NCBI GenBank assembly: GCA_040755995.1
Contig: JBFMAF010000049.1
Location: forward strand, 64,001-128,000
Reading direction: 5' to 3'
DNA from: Acidobacteriota bacterium
Lineage (GTDB): Bacteria; Acidobacteriota; CAIWXX01
Length of the DNA stretch: 64,000 bases
In this document: positions 19,113 through 28,806 of the stretch, in pieces
Layout of the letters: each line of letters opens with the position of its first letter
Position numbering within the stretch: the stretch's first letter is position 1
The notes under the pieces: model-generated
Told to the model about the DNA's origin: nothing
Database searches by the model: none
What the model saw: the letters and a program-made list of their open reading frames with translations, nothing else
Position numbers and translations under genes: made by a program

Positions 19113-21512
19113 CTACATCCCCTTTTCCAGTCTCTCTATCTCTTTCTTGACCAGTATCTCGGCCAGGTCCGGCACTACCTCCCACGCGATCTCTTCGATC
19201 ACCTTCTCCGAGAGCATAGCCACTACGCGCCTCGCGATCGCGTCGATCATCTCGGGGGGTAACGCATCGAGCCTGATCGGGAGAGGCTCCAGCTTCGAGA
19301 TGTCAGGCACGGTTGCCATGCGAGCCCGGCGAATCCCCTCTTCTGCGGGCGGAGCGGCAGCGAGCACGGGTACCTCCTCCGCCTCTGCTCGGGGCAACTC
19401 CGGAGCGGGCGCGGGTGGCGCCGGTGCCTCCTCCCACTCCTCCACCGCGACCGGTGGTGGTTCCTCAATCGGTTCGGCTGCAGCCGCGGCCGGCTCCGGC
19501 TCGGCGAGGTACTCCGGCGCCTCCTCCTCGATCCTCGGCGCCTCGAATGCCACAGCAGGCTCCGGCTCTGTCTTCGCCGGCACCTCTTCGACCTTCTCCT
19601 CAGCAGGAATCTCGAACTCGGTAAAGCCGAGGGCCTGCTCTGCCTTCTGCTCTTCGACGAGCTCGATGCCGGGGATCGCAACAGGCGCGGGCGGTGCTGC
19701 AGCAACCCTGATCGGCACCTCTTGTACGACTTCGGTCTCGATCGGCACCACCGGTTCGGCCAGCACCTCTGAGACCACCTCCGGCTCGATCGGCAGAATC
19801 TCCGGCTCCACCTCCGCCGGCGGCTCTTCCGCAGTCACTGCAACTTCAGGCGCAACTTCCACCGACGGCAGGGGCTCCTCGAGCCCCGGCGGAGCGAATC
19901 CCGCCACCTCGACAGCAGGAACGCTGGGCTCCAAGACGAGCCCAGGTACCTCCTCGACTTCGGGCTCGATCGCGATCTCTGCGACAGGCTCCGGCTCCTT
20001 GGCCAGGCCAAGCGGCTCGACGGCGGCCTCTTCCTCGAAGGCGAACTCCTGCTCGTATTCGCGTTTGACAAACGGCCCCATGCTCACTTCCAGTCCGGGC
20101 GCTGGGGCCGACTCGGCCATCGCCTCCGGCACCAACTCGATCAACGGCGGGGGCGTTGCCAGCCTCGACGGGATCTCTTCGACCTCGGGTTCCGGCGGCA
20201 CGGCCTCCCCGAGGACCGGCACGGCCTCTTCTACCGCCGGCACAGGCTCGGCCACCTCCTCCGCTTCGAACCCCGGGAACTGCGGTTCGCCAGCGGCCTC
20301 AGTTTCAAACGGCTCGGCCGGAACAGCCTCGAGACCAGGTGCAGCGAGCGGTTCCGCAGCCAGCGGCGCTTCGGCGGTGACCTCGGGCATGGACTCGATC
20401 AACAGCGGCGCCGCCTCAGCCTCCGCCTCCACTTGCAACAAGGGCGGTGGCGCCTCTTCGATGATTTCGAGACGCGGCTCTTCTGCCACGACCTCGGCAG
20501 GCGCTGCGGCGGATGGTGCCTCGGGCATGAGATCGACGAACAGCGGAGTCGTGTCGGCCGAGGGCTCTGCTGCGACCTCCTCCAGCGGCAGCGGCTCGGC
20601 CTCTTCTACGCCAGTCGGAACGGCTGCCTCCAGCACTTCGATCGGCTGTGCCTCGGGCGCCACCTCTTCGATCAACGGGATCTCGGCGAGCGGCGCCGGC
20701 TTCTCCTCGGCCACCGGTGTCGGCTGTACGCGCCACAGCGGTATAGTGCGGTCGAATACCGATTCAGGCGCCGGTGCGACGGGCCGCTCAGGCTCCATGA
20801 CAGGCGATACAGGCGGCTCGGGTGGCGGCGGGGGTGGCGGGGCAGGGGCCTTCGCAACTCCGAGCGACTGACGTTCCCAATCCCGCAGGTCGTCGGCGAG
20901 ATCCGCGAAGCTGGCCTCTGGCGGCATCTCCGGAGGCGGGATGGGCTCGGGGGGTGGAGCAGGCGGAGCTGTGAACTCCTCGAAGGCAACTGCTTCAGCG
21001 CGCGGTTCCCTGATCGGCGTGAACGCCACGGTCATATCCGGGGACAAGCTCGGAGGCGCAGCCGCAGGCCTCGCCGGCTCCACCACCTCCGGCGCCGGTT
21101 TCGGGATGGCGGGCTCGGGTCTTGCAGGGGCCGGCGCAGGCTTCTTGCTTTCCATCAGCTCGCGCACCCGCGTGACGAGGCTGCGCGAGTCGAAGGGTTT
21201 GGCGAGGAATCCGTCACTGCCGACGCGGAGCGCGCGCTCCTTGTCGAAGGGCTCGAACGAGCCTGCCATCAGCAGCACAGGTATGGCGCTGAGCGACGGT
21301 TCCGCCTTCACGAACTCACAGACTTCGTACCCGTCCTTGCCGGGCATGATCACGTCGAGCATGATGATATCAGGCCGGATCTCACGGATCTTCTGCAATG
21401 CGAGATCGCCATTCTGGACGGTCACGACCTGCGTGTCGGTATCAGCAAAGGTAAGCTCCACCACCTTCCGTATCGTGTGACTGTCATCGGCCACAAGTAT
21501 CCGTTGACCCAT
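19113..21512 (-). CDS. RomR-like response regulator: receiver + long acidic Pro/Glu/Ala linker + C-terminal helix
   Basis: ILVADDS, MLDVIMP, FLAKPF receiver; C-terminal VIEEIAWEVVPDLAEILVKKEIERL; directly upstream of valS. Confidence 0.85.
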   Translation of the reverse strand: MGQRILVADDSHTIRKVVELTFADTDTQVVTVQNGDLALQKIREIRPDIIMLDVIMPGKDGYEVCEFVKAEPSLSAIPVLLMAGSFEPFDKERALRVGSDGFLAKPFDSRSLVTRVRELMESKKPAPAPARPEPAIPKPAPEVVEPARPAAAPPSLSPDMTVAFTPIREPRAEAVAFEEFTAPPAPPPEPIPPPEMPPEASFADLADDLRDWERQSLGVAKAPAPPPPPPPEPPVSPVMEPERPVAPAPESVFDRTIPLWRVQPTPVAEEKPAPLAEIPLIEEVAPEAQPIEVLEAAVPTGVEEAEPLPLEEVAAEPSADTTPLFVDLMPEAPSAAAPAEVVAEEPRLEIIEEAPPPLLQVEAEAEAAPLLIESMPEVTAEAPLAAEPLAAPGLEAVPAEPFETEAAGEPQFPGFEAEEVAEPVPAVEEAVPVLGEAVPPEPEVEEIPSRLATPPPLIELVPEAMAESAPAPGLEVSMGPFVKREYEQEFAFEEEAAVEPLGLAKEPEPVAEIAIEPEVEEVPGLVLEPSVPAVEVAGFAPPGLEEPLPSVEVAPEVAVTAEEPPAEVEPEILPIEPEVVSEVLAEPVVPIETEVVQEVPIRVAAAPPAPVAIPGIELVEEQKAEQALGFTEFEIPAEEKVEEVPAKTEPEPAVAFEAPRIEEEAPEYLAEPEPAAAAAEPIEEPPPVAVEEWEEAPAPPAPAPELPRAEAEEVPVLAAAPPAEEGIRRARMATVPDISKLEPLPIRLDALPPEMIDAIARRVVAMLSEKVIEEIAWEVVPDLAEILVKKEIERLEKGM

Positions 21513-21554
21513 CTCGCAACCTCCTTGAGTTCCCTGGAGCTCTTTTTCCGCCTC

Positions 21555-21584
21555 AAATTAACACCTATACTCTACTATTGTCAA
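21555..21584 (-). promoter_or_regulatory. Putative sigma70 promoter for romR-like gene
   Basis: TTGACA-N18-TAATTT with TG extension in an AT-rich gap. Confidence 0.5.
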
Positions 21585-21679
21585 GAATTTGGGCCGGTTC
21601 GAGATCGTGCGGCAGCTCCTCTGAGCCAGGGGCGAACGATGCCGGGAAGCCGGAGGCCGGCGCGCGCAGGAGGTTCCGG

Positions 21680-24600
21680 CTATTTCAGCGCCGCGTTTGC
21701 TTTTCCGGCGATCAGCAGAAAGCCTTTTGCCTTGGCATCCTTCTCGAGCGCCTGGAGGAGCTTGCGGCCGGCCGCCCGGTCTCCGTGGGTGATCTGGATC
21801 TCGCCCAGAGCCAGGCGACACCAGAGTTGCGACGGCACGGTCCCCACTTTGTCGGCCTTTGCGAGAGCGCGGTCGAGGTCTTCGAGCGCTTCCTTTGTCT
21901 TTCCCTCTGTCGCCCGCAAGCGCGCCTCGACCGTCGTCGTGTCGACATCCGAGATGACTTCGTCACTGTGTTCCGCCGTCCGGGCGCTCCTGACCGCCGC
22001 GTCCGCGGCCGCCAGCTTCCCTTGTGCGAGCAATGCTTCGGCCAGGGCCGTGTCTGCGGGCGCCTCCCATTCCGACAGGTTCTCCTTGCACATCGCCGCT
22101 ATCGTCTCCCGCGCAAGAGCTTCAGCATCGAGCGGGCGCCCTTCTTCCAAGAGCAGCCGCGATATGGCCGCCCGGGTCTCCGCGATTTTCAGATTCTGGC
22201 CATTCTCCATCCTTATCTTCAACGCCTCTTCATACCTCTTTCGGGCGTTCACGAGGTCGCCTTGTTCCAACAGTACGCGGCCAAGGTCGTGAAGTGCATT
22301 CGGTACGTATCGTGCGAAGCCGAAGTCCCTCATCAGAGTGATGCTCTCTTCGAATCGCTTTCGGGCGCCCACCAGATCCCCCTGGAGGTAGAGCATCCCG
22401 GCGAGGTTGTGCATCATGGCACCCGCAAACCCCTTCTCGCCGTTGTCCGTCGCGATTGCCATGGCTTCCTCATAGAGTTTCTTGGCAGTCAGCAGGTCGC
22501 CCTCTTGCTGGGACGCGACGGCCAGGTTATGCATCGCCATGCTCTCGCTACTTCTGTCCCCAATCTCGCGATAGGCAGCCAGCGCTTCCTGGTACCTCTT
22601 CTTCGCACGGCCGATATCGCCGTGGTAGTCCAGATCTATGTTGGCCAGATCGTTCAGAACGGTGGCGACCTGGCTCTTGTTGGCAGTCTCCCGCGCCACT
22701 GTGAGGGACTCACCCAGGAGTCTCTCGGCGGCGGGTATGTCGCCGCGGCCGCTCGCGATGGACGCAAGGTTGCGAAGCACGTTCCCCTCACCGCTGCGAT
22801 CGCCGATCTCACGATATACGGCAAGCGCCTCTCCGTAAGCCGAAGCTGCACCTGCCAGGTCACCACGCTCCAGCAACGTGGCGCCCATGTGGCTCGTCGC
22901 GCGCGCAACACCGCCCCGATCACCCGCTGCCGAGAATGCCTCCCGGGCTGCTCTGAACGCTTCCATGGCCTTCGGCACGTCTCCCAATGCCTTCAGCGCC
23001 CATCCCTCTTCGAGCCGGGCGGATGCGACAAGCAACGTGGCACCCTGTCTGCTGCCATTGGCGACAGCCCTGGCGGACGCGTCCCGCTGCCTCCTGAAGT
23101 CGGATATTTCCCTCGCGGTGCGCGCCTCCTGCAAGTCGATGCGCGGGTCGTCGGAGGCGGGAGGCGGCAGAGTGTGCAACGACGTGACCGTCTGCAGCGC
23201 ATCCTTGCCTTTGCCGGCCGAGGTCTGGGCGCCCGCGAGCAGCAGCCCGTATTCCAGGTTATCCGGGAAGAAGGTCCAGAGCGTGCGGTAGATTTCCACT
23301 CCCTTCTCCCACTCGCGATTCGCTGTCCGGTACTGGCCCTCGACCAGCAGGCGCTCCTCGCGCGGCAGTGCCGCTGAAAGATCCATGGCAAGCTTCGACT
23401 CCTGCTTCGCCTTTTCGTCGTAGCCCAGCCGCGTCCAGGCCTGTGCCAGGGCCGAGTGTGCGAGGCAGTAGTTCGGGTCGGCCTTGACCGCCCTTTCGAG
23501 CGGGGCACGCGCGCTGAGCGCATCGAACGACCGCAACTTAGAGACCCCTTCGGCGTAGAGTCGAGTGACCTCCGAGCTGGCCGGCAAGGTCGCGTGCAGC
23601 GAATCGACCTGAGCGGCCGTGAGCTGGCCGGCACCCAGCTTGGATCGGAGCTGTGTACCCACCTGCGACACGAGATCGAAAAGGCCGGCTTCGTTGCCGG
23701 TCAGCGGAATCGCGGCGACTGTGTCGCCGGAGGACGCGTCCTGAAGGATGATGTCCAGGCGAAGCAGCCCGCCGGACTTCTCGCCCAGAGCCGCGTATGA
23801 TCCCGAGATCACGAAGTCTGCTGCAAGGTTGCTGCGAATCCTGGCGATGGTCTCCCTTGCGAAGGAGTCGATCTCGCGGATGGAGAGGTCCACCTTCATG
23901 CGGGCGACGTTCTCACCCGGTATGGTGCGTAGCTTCTCGCTCGCGGCCAGCTCGGTGCCGAGCATGTCCGAAAGCGCCGTCGACAACCATGCAGCGTTCT
24001 GATTGCCTGTCAGGTTCTTGAATCCGAGAATGGCCACGGCTGGACGCGGCTTGACGATAGTCTGGGATTGAGGCGCTGCCGGCGCCGGAAGGCGCTCATG
24101 AGGAGGAATCAGGATGATGATGATGACGATGAGCGCGGCGATTGCGACTCCGGCCAGCGTCAGGTCGCGCAGCCTGCGCTTCTGCCTGGGGCTTGACGCC
24201 AGCTGTTCGCCGGCGAGCGCCTGAGCCACGTCCATCGCCCCGGCGAAGCGATCCGACGGAGCCCGCTCCAGGCATCGAAGGATTATCTCCTCCCACCTGC
24301 GATCCAGGTCAGGGACGTGTGCGCGCGGCGAGCGCGGCGGCTCTTTCAATCGCTTCACGGCCAGCGAGAGCGCCGTGTCGCCCTCGAAGGGCAGCGCGCC
24401 TGTGAGCATCTCGTAGATGACGATCCCGAGTGCGTAGATGTCGACGGACTCGGTGATCGCACCGCCCTCGACCTGCTCCGGTGCCATGTACGCCGGCGTC
24501 CCGATGATCTCACCGGTGCCGGTGATCGCGGCGCCGGTGCGGTCTGCCATGACGCTGCTGCGAGCCAGGCCGAAGTCGGTCACCACAACGCGAACCTCGG

Positions 24601-25246
24601 CCGAGCCCTCCTTGATCGGCACGATGGCCACATTGCCCGGCTTGAAATCCCGATGCGTGATCCCTGCCTCGTGCGCCGCCTCCAGCGCCGCGCACATCTG
24701 GCGGATCAGCGGCAGCGCCTCGGCGGTCGTCATCCTGCCCGCGCGGCGGATCCGATTCTCGAGAGTCTCGCCGGCCAGCAGCCCCATGGTCATGAACGTG
24801 ATGCCCGTCTTCCCGCGAGGATCTGCGTGATGCCCGATGTCGAATATCCGGCAGACGTTCGGATGCGTGACCCGGCGCGCGAGATCGACCTCGCGCTTGA
24901 ACCGATCGATCGCACCGGGACGCTCGGCGATCTCCGCGCGTACCGCCTTGAGAGCGACCCGCACGCCCAACTCCTTGTCTTGCGCCTCGTAGACCTCGCC
25001 CATGCCCCCCAGCCCGATCAGTCGAATGATTGTGTACCGATTCGCCACGAGATCGCCCGGGGAGAAGGTCGTCGAGGACGGGCTGCGGCCGTGGATCGGC
25101 GCAGGCGGCGTAATGGGTCCGTTCTCAGCTGAGGGCAGAGTCTCCCTCAGCTCGGGGCGTTGGTCTGAAGCGGGCCCGCCGGCGCCTTGGCGCGCGGTTG
25201 CTCTCTCGCTCTCCTGCCAGCGCATGTCGTCCCGATGCTCCGTCAC
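21680..25246 (-). CDS. Membrane Ser/Thr protein kinase with TolB-N-like domain and TPR repeats
   Basis: GLGGMGEVY, HRDFKPGN, TDFG, GTPAYMAPE, TM, TPR-like repeats. Confidence 0.92.
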   Translation of the reverse strand: MTEHRDDMRWQESERATARQGAGGPASDQRPELRETLPSAENGPITPPAPIHGRSPSSTTFSPGDLVANRYTIIRLIGLGGMGEVYEAQDKELGVRVALKAVRAEIAERPGAIDRFKREVDLARRVTHPNVCRIFDIGHHADPRGKTGITFMTMGLLAGETLENRIRRAGRMTTAEALPLIRQMCAALEAAHEAGITHRDFKPGNVAIVPIKEGSAEVRVVVTDFGLARSSVMADRTGAAITGTGEIIGTPAYMAPEQVEGGAITESVDIYALGIVIYEMLTGALPFEGDTALSLAVKRLKEPPRSPRAHVPDLDRRWEEIILRCLERAPSDRFAGAMDVAQALAGEQLASSPRQKRRLRDLTLAGVAIAALIVIIIILIPPHERLPAPAAPQSQTIVKPRPAVAILGFKNLTGNQNAAWLSTALSDMLGTELAASEKLRTIPGENVARMKVDLSIREIDSFARETIARIRSNLAADFVISGSYAALGEKSGGLLRLDIILQDASSGDTVAAIPLTGNEAGLFDLVSQVGTQLRSKLGAGQLTAAQVDSLHATLPASSEVTRLYAEGVSKLRSFDALSARAPLERAVKADPNYCLAHSALAQAWTRLGYDEKAKQESKLAMDLSAALPREERLLVEGQYRTANREWEKGVEIYRTLWTFFPDNLEYGLLLAGAQTSAGKGKDALQTVTSLHTLPPPASDDPRIDLQEARTAREISDFRRQRDASARAVANGSRQGATLLVASARLEEGWALKALGDVPKAMEAFRAAREAFSAAGDRGGVARATSHMGATLLERGDLAGAASAYGEALAVYREIGDRSGEGNVLRNLASIASGRGDIPAAERLLGESLTVARETANKSQVATVLNDLANIDLDYHGDIGRAKKRYQEALAAYREIGDRSSESMAMHNLAVASQQEGDLLTAKKLYEEAMAIATDNGEKGFAGAMMHNLAGMLYLQGDLVGARKRFEESITLMRDFGFARYVPNALHDLGRVLLEQGDLVNARKRYEEALKIRMENGQNLKIAETRAAISRLLLEEGRPLDAEALARETIAAMCKENLSEWEAPADTALAEALLAQGKLAAADAAVRSARTAEHSDEVISDVDTTTVEARLRATEGKTKEALEDLDRALAKADKVGTVPSQLWCRLALGEIQITHGDRAAGRKLLQALEKDAKAKGFLLIAGKANAALK

Positions 25247-25264
25247 GCCAGGTCCTCCACGCGT

Positions 25265-26158
25265 TCAATCATCGTCGAAGAGGCCCGTCTGCCGCGCCAC
25301 ATCGGGGCGCAGCCCCATCGCCTCCGGGCTGAAGTCGAGCTGCTCGAATATGCGCGAGAGCTTCGCGCCGTCCTGCGGTCGCAGTTCGAGCGCCGCGAGA
25401 TCCAGGCTCAAGGGAACCTCGTCATGGATGACGGCGAGCGATCGGCTCAGGAACGCCTGCTCTCGCTGGTTCTTCAGTTTCTCCCGCAGGCGCGGATTCT
25501 CAACCGAATCGAGGTTCTCGTAGAGGGCGTCGAGCGAGGAGAACCGGGAGACGAGCCTCTTCGCGATCTTCTCTCCAACCCCATCGACTCCGGGGATGTT
25601 GTCGGAACTGTCGCCCATGAGCGCAAGCAGGTCGGCGGTGCGAGACGGATGGATTCCGAGGAGGCGTTCGGCGGAGGCTGCACCGATCCGCTCTTTCCCC
25701 TTCCTCGGATTCAAGACGTACACTCCCTCGCGCAGAAGCTGGTAGAAGTCCTTGTCCTGAGTCACGATCACTACCTCGATCGCAGCGGTCGCCGCCATGC
25801 GGGTCAGCGTAGCGATGACGTCGTCGGCTTCGTACCCAGGAGACTCGACGAGAGCGATCGAGAAGCCCCGGACGATTTCCTTCACCACCGGGATCTGGCT
25901 GATCATGTCAGGGGGTGCCGGTTTGCGCGTCGCCTTGTAGCCCGCATAGGCCTCGTGGCGGAACGTCGGCTCGGGAAGGTCGAAGACGACCGCGGCGTGC
26001 GTGGGCTTCTGCGTTTCCAGAAGCTGCCGCAGAGACCTGGTGAAGCCGAACGCCGCGCCGGTCGGCTCGCCTTTCTTGTTGCGGAATTCCCTGAACGCAT
26101 AGTAAGCCCTGTAGAGCTCGGCGGTGCCGTCCAGCAACAGCAGCGTCTTAGCGCTCAC
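25265..26158 (-). CDS. Stand-alone 5'-3' exonuclease / flap endonuclease
   Basis: LLDG, YKATR, YEADD, DKD, GDSSDNIPGV; no polymerase domain. Confidence 0.9.
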   Translation of the reverse strand: MSAKTLLLLDGTAELYRAYYAFREFRNKKGEPTGAAFGFTRSLRQLLETQKPTHAAVVFDLPEPTFRHEAYAGYKATRKPAPPDMISQIPVVKEIVRGFSIALVESPGYEADDVIATLTRMAATAAIEVVIVTQDKDFYQLLREGVYVLNPRKGKERIGAASAERLLGIHPSRTADLLALMGDSSDNIPGVDGVGEKIAKRLVSRFSSLDALYENLDSVENPRLREKLKNQREQAFLSRSLAVIHDEVPLSLDLAALELRPQDGAKLSRIFEQLDFSPEAMGLRPDVARQTGLFDDD

Positions 26159-26240
26159 ACCCGCTCCATCAGGTCCCCACCAGGATCAGGTTCGTACAGC
26201 ATCACTGATCGACTCGAGTCGCATCAGCGAGCCAATACTA

Positions 26241-26289
26241 TACAGCGCGTGATAAGTCCGCAACAGATTCAACAAGTCGACGCGCTGTA
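26241..26289. mobile_element. MITE-like short element, copy 1
   Basis: Perfect 10-bp terminal IR TACAGCGCGT; near-identical in inverted orientation to 54779-54825. Confidence 0.6.
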
Positions 26290-26335
26290 CGGTGCGATGC
26301 GACGGCCGCGACAATCGAGCGCCGGTCACACGCTC

Positions 26336-27958
26336 TCACCGAGCGACGGCGGGCCCTTGTCTCTCGGCCAGAGCGAACGACTCCATCCAGATGTCGCCCT
26401 CGGTGCCGAGCGGGACGCACTGGCGGTCCAGAACGAAGAAGATGCCCGTGACCCGGTGGGGATCGAAGGCGGTGCCCGCAGCCTCGGGTGTCGGGCTCAG
26501 GCGGTCGAGATCGACAACGCGGGTGTCCGAGATGGAGGAGGCCTTCAACGAGGTTCGATAGATCTTCGTCCCCACGTGCGCCTGGAACCAGAGGCGGTAG
26601 GTTCGGTCGGAGCGCAGTCGAACCAGGAAACGATCGCCTGGTTCGAGCGGCGGAGGCGTTCGCCAACATAGCGCCACGACGGGCCACGACTGGGCACTCG
26701 CGCCGCTCCCGAGCCGGAAATGCAGACGCGATCCATCGTACTCGCAAGCACTTGACGAGTCCCGCTCCACGTTGAACCGTGACGTTTCGAACGCGACGCC
26801 AGCCGGCGGTGGAGCCGCTGCTGGCCGCGGCGGCCGTTGTTGAGCATACTTCGAACCTACGAAGATCGGATTCGACAGAATCCAAGGGATCTCAGGGTCG
26901 AATGGATGGCTCCCCAGCGGACGACGGACTTCCACACGATAGGCACCCGGATCCGCGGCCTGGTATCTCAGCTGCGTAATGCCCGCGGCCACCACGGCTC
27001 CGTTCCGCCGAATCCGAAGCATCGAGCCCTCATCGGCCGACGCTTCCAGCTCCACCGGTGGATCCGGGACCACATCCCCCATTCCATACCGTCCTGTGCC
27101 TGACTGGGCGTCGAACCTGAAGCCCGCGCCCGATGCGAGCCCGTCGATGGAAACGTAGAACCGCCCGTGTCGCAGTGCATCCATGATCGCGTCCTTGTCC
27201 CCCGAAACGTCCGGCCGCATCCTGAGCACCAGCGTCCTGAAAAGCGGCAGGTAGTCAGGAAAGCGAAGGCTCCTCTTTCGACCGACCCGCAGATTCGCGT
27301 GCGCATCCAGTCCGGCGAATAGATAGAAGACGCGATCGGCCGCCTCGCGGTCGAACGCCTCGAGCGCCTGCCGTGGATAGTGCATGAGCCGCAGATGGAA
27401 GTAGGCGGGATTGAGCCAGTAGGACGGCAGAGTCACCGCCAGCTTCCACCAACCCACCTCTCGCCATTCGCTGTCACCGTTCAGAACCTCCATCCCGGTG
27501 GACAACGGGAACGGCCACTGCCTCCAGGGGATGCGATCGTTGAACGGGTGCGAGAGCACCACGAATCCCCCGAGCGACTCGACGTCAGCCGCGGCTTCCG
27601 CCGGATCCGGCGGGAAATTGTACGTCGGGTTCCCGTAAGCCAACGCCAGCAGATGCCCTGCATCCGTGGACAGCTCACTGCCGATTATGAGCACGGGCTT
27701 TGCAGGGGGCTTCCTCGTGGGTCTTGAAGGATTCCCGTGATCCGTCACCACCACAAAGTCCAGACCGGCCTCCGCGGCCTTCCTGGCGATCTCGTCGAAG
27801 TCACCACCCCCGTCGGACTCGACGGAGTGAACGTGCATGACGCCGGCCTGCCCGTCCCCCGGTCTCACATCCGGCGTGTACCGCAGGATTCGCGCAAGAG
27901 GGATCGAAAGCAGGATCACAAGGCCTGCCGCTGCGGCGAGCCAGCGCTTCCTAAACAC
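26336..27958 (-). CDS. PHP-domain (CehA/McbA-like) metallohydrolase, membrane-anchored or exported
   Basis: HVHSVESDG, TDH, GSE, SHP, DAH; hydrophobic N-terminus. Confidence 0.82.
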   Translation of the reverse strand: MFRKRWLAAAAGLVILLSIPLARILRYTPDVRPGDGQAGVMHVHSVESDGGGDFDEIARKAAEAGLDFVVVTDHGNPSRPTRKPPAKPVLIIGSELSTDAGHLLALAYGNPTYNFPPDPAEAAADVESLGGFVVLSHPFNDRIPWRQWPFPLSTGMEVLNGDSEWREVGWWKLAVTLPSYWLNPAYFHLRLMHYPRQALEAFDREAADRVFYLFAGLDAHANLRVGRKRSLRFPDYLPLFRTLVLRMRPDVSGDKDAIMDALRHGRFYVSIDGLASGAGFRFDAQSGTGRYGMGDVVPDPPVELEASADEGSMLRIRRNGAVVAAGITQLRYQAADPGAYRVEVRRPLGSHPFDPEIPWILSNPIFVGSKYAQQRPPRPAAAPPPAGVAFETSRFNVERDSSSACEYDGSRLHFRLGSGASAQSWPVVALCWRTPPPLEPGDRFLVRLRSDRTYRLWFQAHVGTKIYRTSLKASSISDTRVVDLDRLSPTPEAAGTAFDPHRVTGIFFVLDRQCVPLGTEGDIWMESFALAERQGPAVAR

Positions 27959-27999
27959 AGGTGTCTCCGCCGTGATGTCGCTCTGCGATCAACCCGGGC

Positions 28000-28713
28000 T
28001 CAGGCCTTCCCGCCCTTTTCGACGGCGGCTTTCAGCCAGGCCGTCGCCCGCCCGGCGCCTTCGAGTATCGCACGAGCCGCGAAGCAACGCCCGACATGCG
28101 CGATGTCGATCTCGGGAATAGTCGATATCCGCCGCAGGGCCGCTCGCGTGAGCCCTCGGCCCGCAGAGACGTGCTGCCCGAGTTTGCGCGCGAGGCGCGC
28201 GCAATCGTGCAGGGCGGTGAAATCCGATTCCTTCCCCGTCTCGGAGAACCGGTATGTGTTCAATTCCACGGCCGCGACGTCCAGCTTGTGACAGTGCTTC
28301 ACCTGGTCGACCGACGGGTTGATGAACACCACTACCTGGATACCGGCCTCTCGCAGCATCGCCTGCGCGCGCTTGACCTGCGTCTGGTTGAGTATGACGT
28401 CTATGCCGTCCTCCAGCGCGATGTCCTCGCGGCGCTCCGGCAACAGCACCACCGTCGACGGCTTCAAGGAAACCGCGAAACTGACGACATCGGTGGAGGT
28501 CGAGATCTTCAACCAGAACGGCACCTTGACGACGTCGCGCAGCAGGTGGCAATCGCGCTCCGTCAGCGAGCCGCGATCGAGCTTCAGGTTGACGCCGATC
28601 GCGTCGGCCCCAGCACGGGTTGCGATCAACGCAACCTCGATGGGGTCCGGATCGAATCGGCCTGCGATGCCTCTCAACGCGGCGATGCAGGTCAGGTCAA
28701 TGCCGAGATCCAC
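28000..28713 (-). CDS. pdxJ: Pyridoxine 5'-phosphate synthase-like protein, active-site motifs degenerate
   Basis: PDP, AGADAI, LPERRE, AGRGL match the PdxJ scaffold; follows glmM. Confidence 0.75.
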   Translation of the reverse strand: MDLGIDLTCIAALRGIAGRFDPDPIEVALIATRAGADAIGVNLKLDRGSLTERDCHLLRDVVKVPFWLKISTSTDVVSFAVSLKPSTVVLLPERREDIALEDGIDVILNQTQVKRAQAMLREAGIQVVVFINPSVDQVKHCHKLDVAAVELNTYRFSETGKESDFTALHDCARLARKLGQHVSAGRGLTRAALRRISTIPEIDIAHVGRCFAARAILEGAGRATAWLKAAVEKGGKA

Positions 28714-28806
28714 GTGTCACCTCCCGCTCGCTAATCGATTCTCTGCCGAATCCGCCACCATAACGATTGCGATCACGATTCCCCACGCACGGTTCGTTCT
28801 GCTGGA

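Noticed and set aside
19024..22292. Long plus-strand ORFs (615 aa and 619 aa)
   Set aside because: Antisense shadows of the low-complexity romR-like and kinase genes; no motifs.
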